DNA of 47,309 bases. It comes from an uncultured Gammaproteobacteria bacterium. GTDB taxonomy: Bacteria > Pseudomonadota > Gammaproteobacteria > Thiohalorhabdales > CAYUWI01. The notes under the pieces were generated by a model, which made no database searches, was not told where the DNA came from, and saw only the letters and a list, made by a program, of their open reading frames with translations. Positions 8,864-18,899 of the stretch are shown piece after piece (positions within the stretch are counted from its first letter, which is position 1; every line of letters begins with the position of its first letter). The stretch is taken from NCBI GenBank assembly GCA_964448275.1, contig CAYUWI010000001.1:1-47309 (forward strand), in the 5' to 3' direction. The translations under genes and the position numbers were made by a program.

Positions 8864-9803
8864 GGCCCGTGACTCGATTGAGAATAGAGCCTGCACCTAG
8901 CGCAAGTAGGTTCTCAGCGAGTTCAGTGCCGAGGCGTTCAGGCTCCTCGATAGGACCCGAAATAGTCTCCTCGAGCACTTGGCTCCCGTTAGGCTCGCCT
9001 ACCATACCCCGGAGATGTAGGGTTCCACCATCCAATTTGGCATAACCCCCTATAGGCACTTCACAACCACCACCGAGTCGACGATTGAAGGCCCACTCGG
9101 CACGCGTGCGCAGTGCGGTTTCCCAGTGATCGATAGGACGGATACGCGCCAAGGTCTCCTCGTCTCCCTCGCGACACTCAATCCCAATCGTGCCTTGGGC
9201 CATGGCGGGCACACTCTCTTCAGGGGACAAAAAGGCAGTGATGCGTTGCCGCCAGCCGAGGCGAAGCAGGCCAGCCGCCGCCATAACGACCGCATGGTAG
9301 CCCCCCTCGTCAAGTTTGCGCAATCGCGTATCCACATTCCCCCGTAGCTCCACTATCGATAGCCCTGGATAACGCTTTCGGAGTTGGCACGTCCGGCGTA
9401 GACTCGAAGTCCCGATGCAGCTCCCTGGAGGCATCTCTTGGGGGTGTGAGTAATGGTTGGCAATATAGGCATCACGTGGATCTCCACGCTCACAGACTAC
9501 TGGAATATGGAGACCTCGAGGCAGCTCAACCGGCACGTCCTTCATCGAATGGACCGCTATATCGGTTTCTCCGGCCAAGAGTGACTCTTCGAGCTCCTTG
9601 ACGAAAAGACCCTTGCCGCCACCCTGTACCAAGGAGCGATTCCGAATCCTGTCACCACTTGTAGTGATGTGAACTAATTCCACCTCAAGATCTGGATGTG
9701 TGGCAATTAGCAGATCACGAACACAGCCTGCTTGCCAGAGCGCAAGCTTGCTGGCCCGAGTACCGAGACGCACCTTATCAACACCTAGGCTAGTTGGATG
9801 CAC
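8856..9803 (-). CDS. hemC: Hydroxymethylbilane synthase (porphobilinogen deaminase)
   Basis: RLGTRASKLALWQA, TSGDRI, GGKGLFVKELE and VHSMKDVP motifs. The longest ORF starts at GTG 9803. An alternative GTG at 9773 has AGGTG 8 nt upstream and may be the true start. Confidence 0.93.
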   Translation of the reverse strand: MHPTSLGVDKVRLGTRASKLALWQAGCVRDLLIATHPDLEVELVHITTSGDRIRNRSLVQGGGKGLFVKELEESLLAGETDIAVHSMKDVPVELPRGLHIPVVCERGDPRDAYIANHYSHPQEMPPGSCIGTSSLRRTCQLRKRYPGLSIVELRGNVDTRLRKLDEGGYHAVVMAAAGLLRLGWRQRITAFLSPEESVPAMAQGTIGIECREGDEETLARIRPIDHWETALRTRAEWAFNRRLGGGCEVPIGGYAKLDGGTLHLRGMVGEPNGSQVLEETISGPIEEPERLGTELAENLLALGAGSILNRVTGHD

Positions 9804-9944
9804 GGAGGATTAATGATTCGTGTTGTTCACAAAATCGACATGCGATTAATATGGTAATAATACTGATGAAGTTGGCGGGCGAAATCAACCCAAGGGTACT
9901 ACTCGGCTACCCGAAACAAAGGGCACTGGGGCAAAACAATCGCA

Positions 9945-10763
9945 ATGAATCAAATCAGTCTACGCATCCTTACCTATAATATCCAAGTAGCCATCGGCTC
10001 CCGGCGATATCGCCACTACGTGAGCCATGGCTGGAAGTACGTTATGCCCCACGGCCAAAGCCTGCCCAACTTGAGGCGTATTGCTCGTGTTATTGGGCCA
10101 TACGATATTGTAGGCCTTCAAGAGGCCGATGCGGGGAGTTTTCGCACCGGTTTTATTGACCAAGCTCGCTATCTGGCTGACAATTCAGGGTTTGCCTACT
10201 GTACTAGCATGATCACGCGTGATCTCGGCCTGTTTGCGCAGCATACCAACTCGATACTTACCCGCATGGAACCGATCTCAGTCAGCGAGCATCGGCTTCC
10301 CGGAGCGCTAGAGGGCCGAGGGGCTCTCGAGGCTTGCTTCCTAATGGACGGGCACCCTTTTCGGATCTTGGTAACACACACCTCATTAGGTCGGCGGGCT
10401 CGGATGCGTCAACTCGGCTTTCTTGCAGAACTGGTGGCTAACTCCCCGAGTCCATGCATTATTATGGGGGATCTCAACTGTACCCCGCGCTCAAAGGAGC
10501 TGAACTACCTACGAACACACACTCGACTGCAGCTCCCAAGTCGCCCGAGCCACGCGACACTCCCAAGCTGGCGCCCCCGTGTGACAGTGGACTACATCCT
10601 GGCCACCCCCGAATTCGAATTACGCTACTATGGCCCCTTACCTGAGCTCTACTCGGACCACCTACCGGTCCAAGCGCGCGCATGCTGGATTGAAACAAGG
10701 CGAAATCCTCCCTTTGTAGAACAACCGTCCAGCCGCAGGAATCAGCGCCCGGTTTCCCCCTGA
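9945..10763 (+). CDS. Endonuclease/exonuclease/phosphatase (EEP) family protein
   Basis: LRILTYNIQ, VGLQEAD, IMGDLNCTP and SDHLPV motifs of the EEP fold. Confidence 0.8.
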   Translation: MNQISLRILTYNIQVAIGSRRYRHYVSHGWKYVMPHGQSLPNLRRIARVIGPYDIVGLQEADAGSFRTGFIDQARYLADNSGFAYCTSMITRDLGLFAQHTNSILTRMEPISVSEHRLPGALEGRGALEACFLMDGHPFRILVTHTSLGRRARMRQLGFLAELVANSPSPCIIMGDLNCTPRSKELNYLRTHTRLQLPSRPSHATLPSWRPRVTVDYILATPEFELRYYGPLPELYSDHLPVQARACWIETRRNPPFVEQPSSRRNQRPVSP

Positions 10764-10909
10764 TCTACCGCTTGGTTTGAACATCGGGCAGAGTAATGCA
10801 GTTGAACTCGATCCCCCTTATAGTTATAGAATATTAGGTTTACAACGAAACTGAATTCATGGTGATTGGTCTCGGCTCAGGTGCTGTTTGCGAGGAGAGG
10901 TAGACAACG

Positions 10910-12826
10910 TTGACCGCAGAGAGTGCACAGAAGGAAACTCGTACCTTTCAAACCGAGGTGCAGAAGTTACTCCACCTAATGGTGAATGCCCTCTATTCCC
11001 ACCGGGAGATCTTCCTCCGGGAGCTCATCTCGAACAGTTCTGATGCTCTTGACAAGCTGCATTTCGAAGGGATCAAGAATGAGACCCTCTTTGAAGGGCA
11101 GCAGAAGAGGGAAATTCGACTTCAACCCGATCCCGATCAGGGCACCCTCACGGTCAGCGATAATGGGATCGGCATGGACCGCGACGAAGTGGCGGAAAAT
11201 ATCGGGACCATTGCCCACTCCAGTTCCCAGGCCTTCTTGGAGCGACTCACCGGTGACGAGAAGAAGGATTTGGAGCTGATCGGTCAGTTCGGGGTTGGCT
11301 TCTACTCTGCCTTCATGGTTGCTGATCGGGTGGATCTCCTCACACGACGAGCGGGAGCGTCTAAAGAACAGGGTGTTCACTGGAGTTCTGACGGGAGCGG
11401 GAGTTACACCCTGGAGACAGTCACCAAAGAGGCGCTTGGCACGGAAGTAACCCTCCATCTCAAGGAGGATGCCCAGGAATACCTGGAAGCCGAAACCCTT
11501 CGGCGGGTGGTACAGAAGTACTCCGATCACATCTCTTATCCTGTGATCCTGGAGGGCTCCGAGGGTGAGGAGACGTTAAACAGCGCCTCGGCCCTATGGG
11601 CACGCCCCAAATCCGAGATCAGCGAAGAGGATTATCGCAATTTCTACGCTCATATAAGTCACGGAGACACTGAGCCTCTCGCCCATCTACACATCCACGC
11701 CGAAGGGACGACCGAATATACAGCCCTGTTGTATATTCCGAGCCATGTCCCCTTCGATCTCTGGCAGCCCAACGCTCGACCCGGGATCCGACTCTACGTA
11801 CGCCGAGTCTTCATCACCGATGAAGCAGGGGAGCTAATACCACACTATTTACGCTTTCTGCGGGGTGTGGTAGACGCCCCCCATCTCCCGCTGAATATCT
11901 CACGAGAGATGCTGCAACAGGACAAACAGATTGAGCGGATCCGTAAGGGGCTCGTTAGGAGGATCCTCAACCGCCTAGAAGAGATGACCAACCAGGAACC
12001 GGATCGCTATGAACGATTCTGGGCAAATTTCGGTGCTGTACTAAAAGGGGGTCTTGTCGAGGACGAGAGCAACCAGCAGCAAATCGCCAAGCTCGTGCGG
12101 TATCGCTCTTCGCAACGTCCGGACAGTTGGATTAGCCTGGAGGATTACAAGCAAAATATGCAGGAGGGCCAGAAGGCCATCTATTACCTGACCGGAGATA
12201 ACCTAACGACCCTCCAACACAGCCCACACCTAGAGATCTTCAAGAAGAAAGGGGTTGAGGTCTTGCTAATGACGGACCTTGTGGACGAGTGGGCTGTCTA
12301 TAACCTAACCGAATATGAAGGGACCCCGCTCACTAGTGCAGCCCGAGGGGAGCTCGATCTGCAGTCCCTGCCCGGGGGCGAAGAAGAGCAGGCCACCGAG
12401 CAGCAACAAACAGGCACCGAGACCTTCCAGGGCCTTCTGGAAGCAATCCAGGGGAGCTTGAGTGAGGCAGTGGAATCGGTGCGTCTCAGTCATCGCCTAA
12501 CAGATAGCCCGAGCTGCATCGTGACCGGTGAAAACGCCCTTGGGGAACAAATGGAGCGGATCCTGCGCGCTGCTAACCAGCCGGTCCCTATAAGCAAGCC
12601 GATCCTCGAACTCAACCCGGACCACCCGGTCCTCCGCCGGCTCCATGAGATCTATACCACCCAACCGAGTGACCCTCGAATCGCCGAATGGGCATGGCTC
12701 CTCCTTGACCAGGCCCGCCTGGCCCAAGGCTCTGAACTCCCCGATCCCTCCGGTACGGCTCGCCGCATGAGCGAGATGATGAGCAAATTGGCCGGCGAGG
12801 AGAGAAGCCGTATTATCACCCCTTAA
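10910..12826 (+). CDS. htpG: Molecular chaperone HtpG (Hsp90)
   Basis: 638 aa with FQTEVQKLLHLMVNALYSHREIFLRELISNSSDALDKL, DNGIGM and IGQFGVGFYSAFMVAD. TTG start is preceded by GAGGAGAGG. Confidence 0.96.
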   Translation: MTAESAQKETRTFQTEVQKLLHLMVNALYSHREIFLRELISNSSDALDKLHFEGIKNETLFEGQQKREIRLQPDPDQGTLTVSDNGIGMDRDEVAENIGTIAHSSSQAFLERLTGDEKKDLELIGQFGVGFYSAFMVADRVDLLTRRAGASKEQGVHWSSDGSGSYTLETVTKEALGTEVTLHLKEDAQEYLEAETLRRVVQKYSDHISYPVILEGSEGEETLNSASALWARPKSEISEEDYRNFYAHISHGDTEPLAHLHIHAEGTTEYTALLYIPSHVPFDLWQPNARPGIRLYVRRVFITDEAGELIPHYLRFLRGVVDAPHLPLNISREMLQQDKQIERIRKGLVRRILNRLEEMTNQEPDRYERFWANFGAVLKGGLVEDESNQQQIAKLVRYRSSQRPDSWISLEDYKQNMQEGQKAIYYLTGDNLTTLQHSPHLEIFKKKGVEVLLMTDLVDEWAVYNLTEYEGTPLTSAARGELDLQSLPGGEEEQATEQQQTGTETFQGLLEAIQGSLSEAVESVRLSHRLTDSPSCIVTGENALGEQMERILRAANQPVPISKPILELNPDHPVLRRLHEIYTTQPSDPRIAEWAWLLLDQARLAQGSELPDPSGTARRMSEMMSKLAGEERSRIITP

Positions 12827-12856
12827 AGAAGGCCCTCGCCTGGAATCAACAGCAAC

Positions 12857-12883
12857 CTAGGGACCCCTTTATTGGGTCCCTAG
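12857..12883. terminator. Perfect 10-bp hairpin between the convergent htpG and spoVR genes (likely a bidirectional terminator)
   Basis: CTAGGGACCC-ctttatt-GGGTCCCTAG lies 30 nt after the htpG stop and 25 nt after the spoVR stop. Confidence 0.55.
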
Positions 12884-12907
12884 ACCTTATCAAATGAGGT
12901 GGTGTAT

Positions 12908-14320
12908 CTAACTGACCTCTAGGGTCTTCTTGTGGCCGCGATGGTCCACGGTGTGGACCCGTACAGGGCGCCTCCAAACCCGGTGGATATACTCAACAAC
13001 CTTCTGGGCCCGGGGAAGATCTACACCCCGGCCATCAATCTTGTAGTCGTGCTGCAATTCGAGACTCCCATCGACACCCAAGCCATGGACATAGATGCGA
13101 GGAGTCCCGTAATTGAATCGGGGGGCAAGCAGGGTCTCACGCAGGATATCAATATCCGGATCTTCTACGATAAAGCGCTCTTCTGCCCGGGATTGTTGAC
13201 GGGTATAGGTGAACAACTGCAACTCGGAAGCCAAATCCTCATCGAGGTAGTTCCGGATGAAGCCAAAATCATCCTCTACAGCCCGAATATGCATGGCGGT
13301 ATCGAGCCCACTCTCCTCGATGATCTTTTCCCACATCATGAACCCAACATGGTAGGGGTTAATCGCCAGCGAAACCCCCTCCCGGCCTGCGTAAGGCCGC
13401 ACGACATCGGAATGGGACTTGATGGCATCGAGGTAGAGCTGCTGGGGCAAGAAATCGGCCTCTCGCAAGAGGCGAGCATGCCAGTAGCTTGCCCAACCCT
13501 CATTCATGATCTGGCAGGCGAATAGAGGATAGAAATAAAAGGACTCCTCGCGCACCGCAAGGAAGATATCCCGTTCCCACTCTTCCAGCTCGGGTCCGTA
13601 GCGGGCAATGAACCAGAGGAGATCGTATTCTGGACGCGGAGGGACAGGGGCCCGTACGGTCTTCTCTTCATGGTCGCTCTCGGTATCGAACAAATCTTTT
13701 CCGGGCAGCTCTTGATAGCGCTTCTGAAAAACGGAATCACTCTGCTTCGGGGCCTTCTTGGTGATCCGTGTAGGATAGTTAGGACGGCTAATGCCTTGGT
13801 TTAAGTCGACATTCTGCTCCAGAGCAAGGGCCGCATCCAAGGCGGTCTCCACACGCTTTTGGCCATGCTCTTCGATTGCAGCCTCGATCCGATGCGCCCG
13901 ATCCGCTGCCTGTTCAACGACGTGGTAGCCCACCTGAGACTGCATCTGGGCAAAGAGCCCGTTATTTTTGGAAAAGTCGGCGTGTCCGAGAACATGCGCG
14001 GTCACTAAGGTATTCTCCGAGAGGCTGTTGTTGGCCTCCAGGTAGGCCCGATTCGGGTTGCCGGGAAAGACAACCTCAAAGATACGGGAGTTGCCCATCC
14101 GATGCTGCACATACTGATATATATAACGGACCCCAAATGACCAGTGCGGCATCCGGACCGGTAGCCCGTAGACCGCTACCTCCATCATGAAGGTGTTCGG
14201 CACGAGCTCGAAATCCACGGGGTAGTAATCGAGCCCCTGCTCCTGAGCAAGCTCCTCGAGCCGGGGTCGATATTCGACCAACACGCTGTTGCTCGTGGTC
14301 TGCTGATTGGTGGTTGACAT
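12908..14320 (-). CDS. SpoVR family protein (YcgB-like)
   Basis: About 470 aa with GLDYYPVDFELVP, RMPHWSFG, LVTAHVLGHADF and NEGWASYWH motifs. ATG at 14320 has GGAGCAGGAG upstream. Confidence 0.9.
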   Translation of the reverse strand: MSTTNQQTTSNSVLVEYRPRLEELAQEQGLDYYPVDFELVPNTFMMEVAVYGLPVRMPHWSFGVRYIYQYVQHRMGNSRIFEVVFPGNPNRAYLEANNSLSENTLVTAHVLGHADFSKNNGLFAQMQSQVGYHVVEQAADRAHRIEAAIEEHGQKRVETALDAALALEQNVDLNQGISRPNYPTRITKKAPKQSDSVFQKRYQELPGKDLFDTESDHEEKTVRAPVPPRPEYDLLWFIARYGPELEEWERDIFLAVREESFYFYPLFACQIMNEGWASYWHARLLREADFLPQQLYLDAIKSHSDVVRPYAGREGVSLAINPYHVGFMMWEKIIEESGLDTAMHIRAVEDDFGFIRNYLDEDLASELQLFTYTRQQSRAEERFIVEDPDIDILRETLLAPRFNYGTPRIYVHGLGVDGSLELQHDYKIDGRGVDLPRAQKVVEYIHRVWRRPVRVHTVDHRGHKKTLEVS

Positions 14321-14365
14321 GGCTATGCTCCTGCTCCCCCTGGACCGGGCAACCGCCAAACCGGG

Positions 14366-15547
14366 CTATGCCGCTTCCTCGGCTTGGCGTCGGAAGAAAC
14401 TACGAATTGCCTCCCAAATATCGGCATCGGCGTGCACAGTATAGCTACCGACCGCATAACCTCGGGCCTGGAGGGCCTTGAACAGACGGCCCATCTCAGA
14501 CTTCGAAGTCTCTAACGGGTTCTGAGGCGTCTCCACAAACCCCATATAGTTGAGCACGCTCCCGAGTTCGATGAGGGCCATCTCGGCCGATCGCCGATCG
14601 TCGCCAAAGTTGTCCCCATCGGAGGCATAAAAGAGATAGACATTGTATCGAGCAGGGTCATAGCGCTCTCGAAATATCTCCTGAGCCAGTCGGAAGGCGC
14701 TGGATGCGACCGTCCCCCCGGTGGCGGTTACCTGGAAGAACTCCTCTTCAGTAAACTCCCAAGCCTCGTTAGTATGGGCAATGAACACGGTCTCTACATC
14801 ACCGTACTGGCGTCGTAGGCCCTGGACCGCCCAGAAGAAAAACGCCTTGGCGAGCTTGCGCCGGAGTTGATCCATGCTCGCAGAGACATCCAAGATAAAC
14901 ACGACCACGGCATTGGTGGCCGGGCGTTTGCGGCGGGTCAATTGCCGATAGCGCAAGTCCTCATCAGAGAATGGCACCGCCTGCTCATCGATCGAGCGGC
15001 GTTTGATCGCCTCTTTGAGCGTACGCCGGCGATCCAGTCGTGAACGAGGTCCCCGCCTACCCCACCCCTCCTGGACCAGGTCCTCATCGGTTAAGGCGTC
15101 AGTGGTTTTGGGCCTGAGATCTGGGAGCTCTAGTTCCTCCCAGATCCAATCCACGATATCATCCACCTTCAACTCCAGTACAAATCGAAGCTCACCGCCA
15201 CCACTGCCGCCCTCTGTCGAGCCATCCTCGCTCTCTCCAGGGCGAGAGCGACGCAACACATCACCCGGCTCACCGTTTCCTTGGCCTACCCCGGTCTCAT
15301 TGTCGTCATCGCGTAACCGAAAACGGTAATGTTCCAGGAACCGGACCGGGACCTGCACGGTACGGTCACTCGGCCGACTGAGCACATCAGAGCCTGAGAT
15401 AAGTTCCGGCAAGGTGTTCCGAACTGTCTCACGAACCTTCTCGTTGTGCCGCAGCCAGTCCCGAGCACCTCGGGAAAAGAGCTCGTACCAGCGATCCTCA
15501 ATGGCCATCCGGGAAGAAGGCATCGAACAATCCTCATTTTGGGTCAT
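14366..15547 (-). CDS. YeaH/YhbH family protein (DUF444, vWA-like)
   Basis: VVFILDVSASM .. FIAHTNEAWEFTEEEFF .. GGTVASSAF .. YLFYASDGDN, typical of DUF444. Sits between prkA and spoVR. Confidence 0.88.
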   Translation of the reverse strand: MTQNEDCSMPSSRMAIEDRWYELFSRGARDWLRHNEKVRETVRNTLPELISGSDVLSRPSDRTVQVPVRFLEHYRFRLRDDDNETGVGQGNGEPGDVLRRSRPGESEDGSTEGGSGGGELRFVLELKVDDIVDWIWEELELPDLRPKTTDALTDEDLVQEGWGRRGPRSRLDRRRTLKEAIKRRSIDEQAVPFSDEDLRYRQLTRRKRPATNAVVVFILDVSASMDQLRRKLAKAFFFWAVQGLRRQYGDVETVFIAHTNEAWEFTEEEFFQVTATGGTVASSAFRLAQEIFRERYDPARYNVYLFYASDGDNFGDDRRSAEMALIELGSVLNYMGFVETPQNPLETSKSEMGRLFKALQARGYAVGSYTVHADADIWEAIRSFFRRQAEEAA

Positions 15548-15558
15548 TGCATCCCCAC

Positions 15559-17514
15559 CTACTCTTGAGAAAGGAGCGTGGTGACGTAATTCAAGGCCTC
15601 ACGTGCACTGTGGGTATCGTAACCATACTCCTTGACCAGCCGGTCTTCCACCGCTGAAATCTTCCGTTGGGCCTCTTCATCCGGCCGAGTGCTCGAGGTA
15701 ACCAAACGCAGCACATCCCGGCGCTCATCAAACAGGTACTGTTTGATAGCATCATGGAGACGGGCATGGCTGTCGAGGGTAAACCGCTCACCGCGCTTAT
15801 ACGCGCCCATGGCCTTACGCACCACCTCCTGCCGGAAGGACTGCTTGCCCGAGTCCGAGACGCTGATCTTCTCCTCGACTGAACGCAGAAAGCGTTCATC
15901 CGGCTCGCGCTCTTCACCCGTGATCGGATCCTCTACCTTACGGTGATCGAGGATCGCTTCTACCTCGTCGAGGTACTTGTCGAGAAGCTCTTGGGCCTCG
16001 TCTTCAAAGGAGACGAATAGCGCCTTATGGACGTCCTCCTTGACCCACCGGTTATAGAAGTCCTTCCGTACAGTGACCAGAAAGTCCACCCACCTCTTCT
16101 TCTGTTTACTATCCATGCGGGCATCGGACTCGATGGTATCCTTTAAGGCCAACATGACATCCATAGAGGTCAAGCTCTTGCGCTCACTCTGACTGATGGC
16201 ACTCGCAAGGGCGTTGACTACGAACCTTGGACTGACCCCCTCCATCCCCTCTTCGGGGTTTTCGCCCTTGATCCGGTCGACCTCTGAGGCCGAGACACCC
16301 TCTACATCCTCACCCGCATAGAGGCGGGTCTTTTTGGAAAGATCGAGATCCTCGCGCTCGGAAGGTTCTAATCGGGTCAGCACAGCAAATACAGCCGCCA
16401 CATTCAGAGCGTGGGGATCAAGGTGAACCTCACGGAAGGTCGGGGTTGCAGAGGTCAGCTTGTTATAGATGCGGGCCTCATCCGGGTAACGCAAGGTGTA
16501 GGGGACCTGTACGATCACCATCCGATCGAGTAGTGCCTCATTCTCCTTCTCTTGGAGGAACTTGCGGAATTCTGCCAGATTGGTGTGGGCAATAATGGTC
16601 TCGTCGAGGTAGATTAGCGGGAATCGCGAAACCTTAACGTTTTTCTCCTGCGTCAGGGTCAAAAGGAGATAGAGGAACTCCCGCTTGACCTTCAAGATTT
16701 CAATCATCTCCAACAGGCCGCGACTCGCTGCATAAACTGCCCCCGACCAAGACCAGGCGCGGGGATCACCTTCATCCCCATAGTGGGCCACCTTGGAGAG
16801 ATCCACTGAACCGACTAGGTCAGCGATGTCAGCAGTCGTCGGATCGTGAGGTGCATAAGTACCTACCCCGGTTCGACCCGCCTCACTGATGAAGATCCGT
16901 TCCACTGGCATCTTGGTAAAATCACCCCCGTACTGCTCTTCGAGGATAGTCCGACAATACGGGGAAATCTCCCCTTCCGGCTCGACTCCGTAGGTCCTCC
17001 GAAACTCAGGCCGCTTCGAGTGGGGGATGAGCTGTAAGGGCGACTCATGGATCGGGCTCTCCTTGACAGCGTAAATCGCCCCCTCATCTGTATGGCTATA
17101 CTCCTCGAGTCCCCGTTTCAGTAGGGTGACCAGGCTCGACTTCCCACCCGAAGGGGGTCCGAGTAACAGGAGAAGCCGACGCCCGACCTCCGAGCCTTCA
17201 CTCGCTGCTTTAAAGTAATTGGCGACCCGCTCGAGCGCTTCATCGACCCCAAAGAGCTCGTTCGCAAATAGGTTATAACGAGTTACATCTTCACCCTCTT
17301 CCGAGGTCTGCCACCCGTACCAACGGATCATATCCCAGACGTACTGGTGGCTATTTCGGGTAAACCCGATCGGGTCGGTCGGGAAAATCTCCTGCATGAA
17401 TTCACTGAACGTACCCTCCCAGTGTTTCGCTCGATGCTCCTTGGTGTAACTGACCAAAGAGTCAAGAAACTGGGTCTGCTGTGTAGAGCCCTGATTGTCG
17501 CTGTGACCTACCAT
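15559..17514 (-). CDS. prkA: PrkA family serine protein kinase (YeaG-like, AAA+ N-domain)
   Basis: 651 aa. Walker A LLLLGPPSGGKSSL and PrkA C-terminal domain. ATG is preceded by GAGGAGGG. Confidence 0.93.
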   Translation of the reverse strand: MVGHSDNQGSTQQTQFLDSLVSYTKEHRAKHWEGTFSEFMQEIFPTDPIGFTRNSHQYVWDMIRWYGWQTSEEGEDVTRYNLFANELFGVDEALERVANYFKAASEGSEVGRRLLLLLGPPSGGKSSLVTLLKRGLEEYSHTDEGAIYAVKESPIHESPLQLIPHSKRPEFRRTYGVEPEGEISPYCRTILEEQYGGDFTKMPVERIFISEAGRTGVGTYAPHDPTTADIADLVGSVDLSKVAHYGDEGDPRAWSWSGAVYAASRGLLEMIEILKVKREFLYLLLTLTQEKNVKVSRFPLIYLDETIIAHTNLAEFRKFLQEKENEALLDRMVIVQVPYTLRYPDEARIYNKLTSATPTFREVHLDPHALNVAAVFAVLTRLEPSEREDLDLSKKTRLYAGEDVEGVSASEVDRIKGENPEEGMEGVSPRFVVNALASAISQSERKSLTSMDVMLALKDTIESDARMDSKQKKRWVDFLVTVRKDFYNRWVKEDVHKALFVSFEDEAQELLDKYLDEVEAILDHRKVEDPITGEEREPDERFLRSVEEKISVSDSGKQSFRQEVVRKAMGAYKRGERFTLDSHARLHDAIKQYLFDERRDVLRLVTSSTRPDEEAQRKISAVEDRLVKEYGYDTHSAREALNYVTTLLSQE

Positions 17515-17993
17515 TCAACCCTCCTCGGGATATCACCCGATCCAACCGAATCCATACGCCCCTTAGGGACCACCCCATGAACTATCCGGCATAGATGTTG
17601 CTCAATGCTTCCACACCTCCAGTCACCCTTCTCTGTAGAGTCCAAAGTCCCGGGCAAGGTTCCGGACACCGAGCCCCCGCAACGGGACTTTACCTCAATT
17701 ATTAGGATATTTTGGAAGCCGAGGGAAGGCCCATCAATGGGGGTTGGGGGGGTGGGTCAGGAGAGTCTAGCTTGAAAGTGCTCGGGAGATCTCGTTTAGC
17801 TCTTAGCAGTTGAGGTAGGGATTGTGGGCCAAGGGGGAAAAACAGTAGCACTTAGAAGCCAGAGGGTAGCCCATGACTGAAAAAGTACCTTGAAGCCAAC
17901 CACTGCACAGGGGCAAAGCAAGCTAACGAAGGATCCTGTTCTAGGAGAGCCAGACCCGAGGTGACCACGGCGCGAAGATTATCGGCCTCCTAG

Positions 17994-18899
17994 TTAGCCT
18001 TCTTTATTTGCGGTGAAGTCTGGATCGAAGAGCCGTTCCTGCAGATAGTCAGCCAACTGTTCGCCACACTCCGAATGCTGCAACCCGAAGTCCAGCTGGG
18101 CCTTTAGGTAACCAAGCTTATTCCCACAATCGTAACGAACCCCATCCAGTAGATAGCCGTCAACCGCTTCCCCATATTGGGTGATCAGGACCTGTAAGGC
18201 ATCGGTGAGCTGGATCTCATCAGAGGCTCCCCGGCTCGCCTGGGTCAAGAGCTTAAATATGGTCGGTGTTATGATGTATCGGCCCATCACCGCAAGGTTC
18301 GATGGGGCCTCTTGTGAAAACGGCTTCTCCACCAACCCATTTAAGGGGTATCTCGGACCAGTTGGGGGGGCTGGATCGATTACCCCATAGCGGGTCACCT
18401 CCTCCATGGGTACCTCTTCTACCGCCACCTGACTCGCCCCGGTCTCCTCAAAAGCCGCCTTCATCTGAGCAATAGCCGGTGGCTGGATGACCATTAGATC
18501 ATCGGGAAGCAGGACCGCAAATGGCTCATCTCCGACTACATGGCGTGCACACCAGATCGCATGTCCCAATCCGAGAGGGCGTTTTTGGCGGATATAGGTA
18601 ACCTCTGCCAAATCAGAAACTTCTCGGTAAACTCGAGCCAGCTCGGTCGCCCCTTTACGTACCAGTTGCTCTTCAAGGTTATCCTGATAATCGAAATGAT
18701 CTTCAATCGAGCGCTTGGTTCGCCCAGTTACGAAGATAACCTGCTCGATTCCAGCAGCCACAGCCTCCTCCACTGCATACTGAATGAGCGGTTTATCCAC
18801 CACTGGGAGCATCTCTTTAGCCATGGCCTTGGTCGCAGGGAGGAAACGGGTGCCTAGACCCGCAACCGGAAAGACAGCCTTGCGGACTCCGACTCCCAA
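17994..18899 (-). CDS. galU: UTP--glucose-1-phosphate uridylyltransferase
   Basis: RKAVFPVAGLGTRFLPATKAMAKEMLPVVDKPLIQYAVEEA. TTG start with GGAGGG 6 nt upstream. Confidence 0.93.
   Translation of the reverse strand: MGVGVRKAVFPVAGLGTRFLPATKAMAKEMLPVVDKPLIQYAVEEAVAAGIEQVIFVTGRTKRSIEDHFDYQDNLEEQLVRKGATELARVYREVSDLAEVTYIRQKRPLGLGHAIWCARHVVGDEPFAVLLPDDLMVIQPPAIAQMKAAFEETGASQVAVEEVPMEEVTRYGVIDPAPPTGPRYPLNGLVEKPFSQEAPSNLAVMGRYIITPTIFKLLTQASRGASDEIQLTDALQVLITQYGEAVDGYLLDGVRYDCGNKLGYLKAQLDFGLQHSECGEQLADYLQERLFDPDFTANKEG

Noticed and set aside
10770-10825. Possible sigma-32 heat-shock promoter upstream of htpG (TTGAAC at 10802-10807 and CCCCCTTATA at 10812-10821, plus TTTGAA further upstream).
   Set aside because: The spacing between the -35-like and -10-like elements is about 4 nt for the first pair and about 30 nt for the second. 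The required spacing is about 13-17 nt.
17847-17861. Sigma-54-like element on the minus strand (TGGCTTCTAAGTGCT) upstream of prkA.
   Set aside because: The GG-to-GC spacing is one nt shorter than the strict TGGCAC-N5-TTGC geometry, and the flanking consensus bases are poor.
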